A stretch of DNA of 64,000 nt, taken from NCBI GenBank assembly GCA_002497285.1, contig DANJ01000011.1, positions 3,091 to 67,090 of the forward strand, in the 5' to 3' direction. The translations under genes and the position numbers were made by a program. A model generated the notes under the pieces. The model was not told the origin of the DNA. It saw only the letters and a list, made by a program, of their open reading frames with translations, and did not search any database. Of the stretch, positions 1-8,100 are shown piece by piece. How positions within the stretch are numbered: the first letter of the stretch is position 1; every line of letters begins with the position of its first letter. The DNA is from Candidatus Pacearchaeota archaeon UBA92. Lineage in GTDB: Archaea; Nanobdellota; Nanobdellia; Pacearchaeales; GW2011-AR1.

Positions 1-895
1 TCCTGTCGGCAATCACCTTTCTCTGTGCGTTAATACTTTTTCCAAACGCTTTCTCTCTTTCTGAATAATGCTCCTGTAAAACTTTTCTTGCCTTTTTCCT
101 CTCTTCTGCCAGTCTTCTGGCATTTTGCCTCATCAATGCCCCTATAAGTTTCTTCCTCTCTGAATCCAGCCTGTTTTTCAATTTTGCATTGAATTCTCTC
201 CTGACATCCTCCTTCAGCTTAGTATCCACGGCCTGCCTGTATTTCTCCTGAAATTCTCTGGCAAGCATATTATACTTGTCTGTAAAAATCTTCTTCTGGC
301 TGTCAAGGTCGTGCTCAAGCTCATTATCGGCAAGCTTTTCCTTCTCCCTTAATTTCTGGCTTATCTCTCCCTTTACGGCAAGAACAAAATCATCAAACTT
401 GCTGTCTATAATTATTCCCACTCCTGAATCAACTTTTATTTTAGATGAAGATGTGTGCTTTTGAAACATTTCTGTTAAATCTCTAAGCTCCCCCTCAAGA
501 CGAGGTATATCGCCTACATATTTTAGTTCTTTATCGCTCAACTGCTTCTTGACCGAAATTCTTCTCTTTTTATTAATCAAATCCTGTAATTCTTTAATTT
601 TATTTTTCATAGAAGCAGATTCCTTCAAAAGAGTTGCATGTTCCTTCTTTTTTTCAGCAGAAATTACAGGGGAAGATTTGTATTTCTTTTCAATCTTTTT
701 TCTTAATTCTATCAATTCCCTTGTAATCTGTGAAATTGCATTTATGTCTTTCAGCTTTGCCCTTATGAGTTTGGCATCTGTTTCAAACCCCTTTGTATCT
801 AAAGCATTTAGCTGTTGCCTCAATGATTCCAACCGAGCAATCTTGCCGGCAAATTCATCAAACTCTTTTTTTATCTGTACTCTTGTCTTTGGCAA
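1..895 (-). CDS. coiled-coil protein, C-terminus beyond left window edge
   Basis: Minus-strand frame is open from 904 to 1; it is absent from the ORF track because it has no stop in the window. TTG at 895-893 has GAGGGG 5 nt upstream; the first ATG is at 610. The sequence is K/E/L/R-rich (KIKELQDLINKKRR, LKEDVRREFNAKLKNRLDSERKKL). Plus-strand ORFs 276-464 and 549-914 are its low-complexity antisense. Confidence 0.5.
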   Translation of the reverse strand, partial: MPKTRVQIKKEFDEFAGKIARLESLRQQLNALDTKGFETDAKLIRAKLKDINAISQITRELIELRKKIEKKYKSSPVISAEKKKEHATLLKESASMKNKIKELQDLINKKRRISVKKQLSDKELKYVGDIPRLEGELRDLTEMFQKHTSSSKIKVDSGVGIIIDSKFDDFVLAVKGEISQKLREKEKLADNELEHDLDSQKKIFTDKYNMLAREFQEKYRQAVDTKLKEDVRREFNAKLKNRLDSERKKLIGALMRQNARRLAEERKKARKVLQEHYSEREKAFGKSINAQRKVIADR

Positions 896-949
896 TTTAG
901 CCCCTCACACTTAATATAGACCTGTTTTTTCTTTTTATATTCTTCGGTT

Positions 950-2164
950 TTATCCTTTTTTGTATCCCTGTTTTTTCCATTTGGAAATCTGTCTTTTCAT
1001 ATCCTTGGTAGAAATCACTTTTACTGCATTCTCCAGCCCGATAGTGTTATATCCATGCTTTTTCCACTCTTTTATTTTATTCTCCATTGATTTAACATTC
1101 CCTTCCTTCCTAAATCTTTCAAAATCCTCCATTCTTTTCTTCTGCCTTCGTTTAAGCACCGAAATTTTACTCCTAACCTTTTCCTTTATCTTCCGCCTAT
1201 CTTTAATCATTTTGCCTTTAACTTCTTTGTAAATGAGCTCTTTCTGTTTTCTTGTTTCCCAAGAGTTATACTTTTTCAATTCCAAAATAAGGCTATCCCT
1301 ATCATGCATCATATAGATAAAGAGCCCGACAACTATCAAAAAGAAGAATAATATTACTCCCACTAAAATTAAAACTAACATAGAATCTCCTGAAAAAAAA
1401 CCAGTTAAAGAGCCTGAACTACTTTTAGTAACTGTAAAGATTTGGCTTGATATTCCGACAGAAGATTTGTACTTAACAACAGAAAAAAAGACGTAATCTC
1501 CATTATCAATATTTTCAGGAATTGGAATCGATTTGGTAACTCTTGCCTCTTTGTTTACTATGACATTCTCATTAATCGAGCTTAACACACGCCCTTCAAA
1601 ATCCATTATAAAATATTCGGTTTCTACTTCTGTGGTTCCAAGACCTTCAGAAGTTCCCCCTGAAACAAGATCGAAAATCTTAGCTTGGGCAAAAATTTTA
1701 TCTCCTGCCTTAATATCGATATATTGGGGGGGAATTTCAAGATTTAAGTCAAAAAGAACATTTTCAGACTCGACTTCAAAAACAATTGGAAGAAATGAGG
1801 TTTCCATTCCATCACTAATCTTAAGTCTCCCTGCATGAACTCCTGGATCTAATTCTTTCGAATCAAATCTTAATTTTACTTCTTTTTTCTCGCCAATATC
1901 CAAACTAAGAATATCTAAATTTGATGCAACCCCAGGCATATTAAGAACTTCCAGATTTAAATCTCCAGCATAAGTATTAGAAACTAAAATTGTCTTCTCT
2001 AAAGAAGCCCCTTTATTCAAAGAAACCTTCAAAAAAACGCTACTTGTCTCAATCGCGACAGCAAAATTAATAAAAAGGATAACTAATGCAAGAACAACAC
2101 ATAATTTAACTTTAGGACTAAACCTCTTTAAATACACCATCTTAAAAAAAGTCGAAAGGAACAT
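950..2164 (-). CDS. membrane protein: beta-sandwich ectodomains + TM + Lys-rich cytoplasmic tail (paralog of the giant-protein C-terminal anchor cassette)
   Basis: N-terminal TM (LCVVLALVILFINFAVA) and central TM (MLVLILVGVILFFFLIVVGLFIYMM). The ectodomain aligns by eye with the C-terminus of the 2810-aa protein (VESENVLFDLNLEIP vs VKSENFLFDASLFLA; DNGDYVFFSVVKY vs SPGRYILGVEVFY). The tail has two copies of I(K/S)xWKK(H/Q)GY. Confidence 0.6.
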   Translation of the reverse strand: MFLSTFFKMVYLKRFSPKVKLCVVLALVILFINFAVAIETSSVFLKVSLNKGASLEKTILVSNTYAGDLNLEVLNMPGVASNLDILSLDIGEKKEVKLRFDSKELDPGVHAGRLKISDGMETSFLPIVFEVESENVLFDLNLEIPPQYIDIKAGDKIFAQAKIFDLVSGGTSEGLGTTEVETEYFIMDFEGRVLSSINENVIVNKEARVTKSIPIPENIDNGDYVFFSVVKYKSSVGISSQIFTVTKSSSGSLTGFFSGDSMLVLILVGVILFFFLIVVGLFIYMMHDRDSLILELKKYNSWETRKQKELIYKEVKGKMIKDRRKIKEKVRSKISVLKRRQKKRMEDFERFRKEGNVKSMENKIKEWKKHGYNTIGLENAVKVISTKDMKRQISKWKKQGYKKG

Positions 2165-2184
2165 TTAAATCTTACTAAAATTAG

Positions 2185-5100
2185 TTATTTCCGTTTAGAA
2201 ACCCTAAAAATCTTCTTCCTCCTAAAGAAGACTACTCCTAAAATAAGAGCCATAAATATCAATGTTCCAATAATTATAATCAAACTAGGGTTCTTCAAAA
2301 AGTCTTTTTTATTCTCTAAAATTTCAAACTGGGAAGTCGTTGTAGCAAAAGCTCCCGGGTAAAATACTTCAACTCCGAGGATATATCTGCCAGGAGAAAG
2401 ATCGTCTGTAGGAATATCCTTGACAAATTCTTTTACTCCAAGCACATAAAATGTTTCGCTCTCTTCAAAATAGCTGTTTCCCGAAAAATCCTTAATCACA
2501 TAAGTTGCCACAACATCTACTTTGTCTACCTGTCTGCCGACTTCCTTGAGGTTAATCTGCGCCTTCAGTGGCTCTCCTGCATTCACTCTTCTGAACTGTT
2601 CCGCCAGGAACAGAGATGCGTCAAACAGAAAATTTTCCGACTTTACATTCAAAACAACATCAACCTTTGCCACTACAAAATCCCCATCTTTGAATAATAT
2701 GCTTCCCGTCTCTAATTTTTTCCCTGACGATATTACTTCCATGTCTATTTCCTTCTCTTCTCCCGGCGCAAGGGTTACATCATTAGGCAACAAAATGTCA
2801 TCAAACCCCTTCCCTGATATCAAAAGAGTTATTGCCTTATCTCCGTCATTTCGCAATGTAATTGTTCTTTTTTCAGGCTTGCCAGGGCTGCTTTCAATTT
2901 CTAGGTCTCCTGTAAGGACTTTCACATCTGCTGTTCCAGAAGATGTTCCGCCGCCACCCCCGCCTCCGCCTCCACCGCCGGAGCCACCTGAACTTCCGCC
3001 ACTGCTTCCTCCAGAATCAGCAGGCGTTTCTTCAGTGGTATAAACAGAAAATCCGGTCACATTAAACACCAAAACTCCAGAACTATAGCTTAATTCTGTA
3101 CATGTATCTGTACAAACAACCCCATCTCTTAAAACACGAGGGTCTGTAAATGTCAAATTCTGCAATGTCAAATTCGCCGAAACATTCAATCCCAAAGCAG
3201 CAGTAGAATTAAGCTCAATTCTATTGGATGTAATATTAACCCATGAATCAAGGTCTGTGACATTATTTGAAGTATTTGTGTTAGTCAAATCAACACTTCT
3301 CAAAAATCTAATCTTCCCATGCGATGGATTATGCAATATAAAGCCAGACAAATTAGCCAATTGTGAATCGTTCAATCCATCTAAGTTAGTAGTATCTCCC
3401 TGTCCATAAAATCCTTCATATCTTACATATCTCCTGTCATTCAATATATGGAATATGACATTCTCACTATTATTCAAATTGTTGGAAGTATCATTAGCAT
3501 ATAAGAAGAAAGTAAAGTTACTCCCAGTCACAGGCATTGTAAATGTTGTATTTCCCGTCAGCGTCGTATTCGCAACAATCACAGCCCCAGAAGAATTCAA
3601 AACAAAATACCATGCAGTATCCAGGTCCGTTTCATCCGAAGCCCTGTATCGAACATCAATAGCTGAATGATTATTGTAAGTTCTGTTACGAGGGCTATTG
3701 ATAATTACTAAAGGATTAACAGAATCAAAACTAAATGTGACACTTTCGCTATAATTTCTGTTTCCAAAGGTATCATTGGCATAAACCTTGAAAGTATAGC
3801 TCCCTGAAGCTATTGAGCCATTAGAGGCATTAAATAAAGTTCCAAACAGCCCTTCATTCCCGGTCATTGTCACATTGTTTATTCCTGAGTCCAGAGTATA
3901 TTGCACGCTTCCGTTCTCGCTCAAAGAAACATTGAAATTAAGAGAAAGGTCGTTCAATCCATAACTTGCATTTGCAGGGAAATTAATAGTTACTCCTGGG
4001 CTGACAGTATCAACAACATCAATCCATCTTGTCACACTCTCTCCTGTATAATTCTGGCTTCCTGGAAGAACAGCAGTGATATTTATGCTTCCCGCAACGC
4101 TTGTAACAGTTGTATTTGTCGTTGCTGTTCCGTTAGCAACTAAAGCTCCATCAAGATAAACAACAGTATTTATTTCTCCTGTGAGCACAGAAGCATTATA
4201 AGTGACTGTAGCCCCTCTTTCAACACTCACATTCCCCGCACTTCCATTCAGATAAACTTCAACATTCCCAGTTGCCTGGGCAATGGTATAGCTCCTCAAG
4301 GAAGAAGAGTTGAAAAGAGCATTTGTCCCATTCCCATATCCGTGCCATCTGTAATTATACGCTCCTACCGCCAAGTTACTGACATTCCCGCTAAACACAC
4401 CCGATATATTTGTAGTGCTGTAATTAACGCTATTAAATTCAAGCAGGACAGTTCCGTTTGTAGACGTCACCGTAGCATTAAACTCATAGCTCACCCCCGA
4501 AGCATAAACAGTATTATTCGCAGGATTTTCAGTAAATTCTGAAAATATCGGATACTCCAAGTCTCCGGATTCTATTTCAACAACTCTCTCATCAGTCTGG
4601 TTTTTATTTCCAGAGGTATCAACCGCATGTGCAGTAAATGTATGATTCCCCACACTCAATTCAGTAAAGTTATTCGAATATTTTGTAGCAGATGCGTTAT
4701 ACAGGGATTGGACTTCTGCGGATGATAGGGAGCGGTTGAATATCAAGAATTCGTCTATTGAGCCGTTGAAATATCTTACAGCTCCTCCCGTGCCGGCACC
4801 TGTTCTTCCAATAAGAAAGTTGTTAGTTGTTGCATCTGTAATTACAGCTCCAGTTATAGCGACTGATTTATTTAATTGCCCGTCAACGTAAAGATAAATA
4901 TTAGATAGATTCCTAACTACAACCATATGTTGCCATGTATTTGTGATAAATGGATTATTAATTGACCAGCTTTGTGAAGAAGAGCCCCTGAAAAAAATCC
5001 TATTATCTTCCATAAAACTACTCGTTGATGAATCTCCTTGTCCCCAAATTCCTCTACTACTCCCGCCTTTGTGATAGGACCAAAATGACACACTCAAATC

Positions 5101-8100
5101 AGTTAAGTCGTTAAGCAACCCAACATTAGTATTAATATAGTCATTTATTCCGTCATGCCAACTGGCATTGCCAAAGTACCCTGTAGAATTAATTATGGCT
5201 CCATTACTCAAACTCCCATTATTTGAATAACTTGACAAATCAACAGGGTCTCCAGAAGCATTAACATCATCCATTCGCATCCACAAAACTAAACTATTAT
5301 CAAAATCCACAAAACTATAATGATCGCTTGCATCAGAGCTTGAAACATTAACATAAATATCTGTATTCGTCTGATTGCTTGCGTTGGCAGGCGTTGGAGA
5401 GACAAAGCTGATTGCCGGGGCAATAGAATCAAACTCAAAATTCACACTCTCGCTATAATTCTTATTTCCTACAGTATCATTAGCATAAACCCTGAAAGTA
5501 TAATTTCCTGAAGCAATACTTGAATTAGAAGCATTAAAGTTCTGATTATTTACGGATGACATAGTAATATTATTTATTCCATCATCTAGAGAATACAAAA
5601 CGCTTCCATTTTCGCTCAAAGAAACATTAAAGTTCAAAGGCAAATTATTCAAACCATATGTCTCGGATTCCGGAAAGACGATTGTAACTCCCAGTCCTGT
5701 CGTGTCGCATTCAGGTCCCTCGTCAATCCTCGCAGGATCAAAGACTCCTGTGAATGTTGATGAGCAGTCAGTGTAGGAAGTTGTTATCGTCCCGTCAGCC
5801 ATCCCATTAATATATTTAGTAGCATTGAAAATACCTGGCAAGTTCAAAAGAATAGAAGTCATATTAACTGTTCCTCCGGACTTCCCTTTTGATTCTAAAG
5901 TGCCAGATAATATTATTGAACTGGAAGAATTAATAAATATTGTTCCTCCGCCTCCATGGTCTATGCAAGGGGTTGATCCCAGGCAGGTTTCATATCCTCC
6001 CGACGCATTTATGTTGCCCAAAAAATTGAGATTATTAGAAGAAGTGATAGCAATTCTCCCTCCACCTCCTGCACCTCTGTTAAGGTTTCCTCCTATGTCC
6101 GAAGACCTTACGCTTAGAGATCCGTCTCCTGAAATCACATTCCCTTTGAGCCAGATGCTGCCTCCAGATCCCCTCAATCCTTGAGTAGAAGTAACTGCAT
6201 CCATTGAAATTGTCCCATTAACTATAATCCGGTCTCCTTCTAACTTAATCGCTGCCGCCCCGTTTCCACCTCCTCCGCCACTTCCTAAAGAAGTCGGGGC
6301 AGTTTCATTTCCATAAGTACTTACCCCTTGGCTTCCCAGACCCCCATACGATCCTCCATGTTTTGTGGATGAGCAGGTAAGAGGAGATCCAGGTCCTGCA
6401 CAAACGGGGAAACCAAAGTCAGTGCCCTTCAAAATACTCTTTTGTGAGATAGTTATATTTCCACTGCTATTAATCCATACTCCTTTTCCGTCAGATGTTA
6501 TATTATAACAAGTAATAGGATTAGATGCATTAAGAAAACAATCTCCGTATATTGAAACATTGAATCCATTACTATCAAAATTCCCAAGAACATTTATAAC
6601 ATCCCCGTCTCCGGCATCTCCTCCCAATAGCCCTATGTTTCCTGTTAAATTCCAATCCATTGGCCAGATATTATCTGTGAATGTAAGCGTTCCTTGGTCC
6701 CCAGAAGAGGAAAACCCGACACTTCCTGAAACAGATATATTTCCTGTATAATTCAATAGATTAGTATAATCTAACCTTATCCTTCCTCCACCTCCTCCTG
6801 GATTATTTGACCCTGTTAAACTCCCTGCATCTGCTCTTAGAGATCCGTCTCCTGAAATCGCATTTCCTTTGAGCCAGATGCTGCCTCCTGCTCCAGGTTT
6901 AGTGTTTGTGGTTCCGCCGACTCCATCAAAGACTAAATTACCATCTGCCAAAATAACATCCCCTTCCAACTTAACTGCAGAGCCACCGGGTCGACCTATT
7001 CCGCTTCCAGTAGAAGTTCCACCGCTTCCTAATGAGGTAGGAGCTGTTGCATTCCCATAAGGATCTTTTGTATTGCTTCCACCTCGACCGCCATGAGCCC
7101 CGCCGGATCTTACTCCTGCCAAAGAGCCAGGTCCGGAATCAGTACCAAATCCTAGCCCTGTACCATTCAATACTCCTGAACTTCCAATTGTTATATTCCC
7201 ATTTAAACTTCTCCATATCTGTCCTTCCCCATCCGCAGTTAAATTATATCCAGGCGTGTTAGTTGAATTCCCGACATAATCCCCATAAATCTTCATAGTT
7301 CCTCCAGAAACATTAATATTATTCGTAACATTCCAATACTGGCTTCCGACCGCATTTGCCCCCCAACTCCCGACGGCAAATAAAGCATTAAAATGTATAG
7401 ACCCTGTGTATCCGGAAGTAACTGTAAATGAACCAAGATCTTGAGGTAATGTATTATTTGTAACATTCACATTTCCTGTTCCAGATGAATTAAAGACAAT
7501 ATCATCGCCTGCAATTGGGACTCTTCCTCTGCTCCACGCAGTTGCATTGTCAAATAGTTGATTAGATGAAGATATCCAGGTATTTGTTCCAATTCCTGCC
7601 TGTACCGTCATAATTCTCTGTTCCGAATAATTCTTATTTCCTACAGTATCATTAGCATAAACCCTGAAAGTATATGCTCCATCAGCAATTGAATTATTTG
7701 TATAATTGAATCCGTTTCCTGTTCCATTTACAGTCATAGTAATATTATTTATTCCGCCATCTAAGGTATATTGAACCGAGCCATTTTCAGACAAACTAAC
7801 ATTAAAGTTCAATGGCAAAGCATTGTAAGTTGCTCCAGCAGTAGGGAAGATTACATTCACGTTTGGAGCAGTTGTGTCTGCAGACGCATTATTTATCGTC
7901 ACTGTCCTCTTGTCCGTGCTATTCTTATTTCCAGCGATATCAACTGCATAAGCGGTGAATGTATGATCTCCTACGGCAAGATTAGTGAAGTTATTCTGGT
8001 ATTGCGTTGCAGTAGCATTGTAAAGTGCAGAGATTTCACCAGCAGATAAACTCCTGTTGAATACTAAAACTTCATCTATTGAACCGGCGAGATAATTAGT

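Noticed and set aside
2522-3043. Plus-strand 173-aa ORF ending in a poly-Pro run. Other plus-strand ORFs lie inside 2185-10617 and 58805-62818 (for example 5825-6184, 59322-59753).
   Set aside because: They are antisense shadows of the giant minus-strand genes. The poly-Pro is the complement of the poly-Gly linker codons. They are low-complexity with no recognisable motifs.
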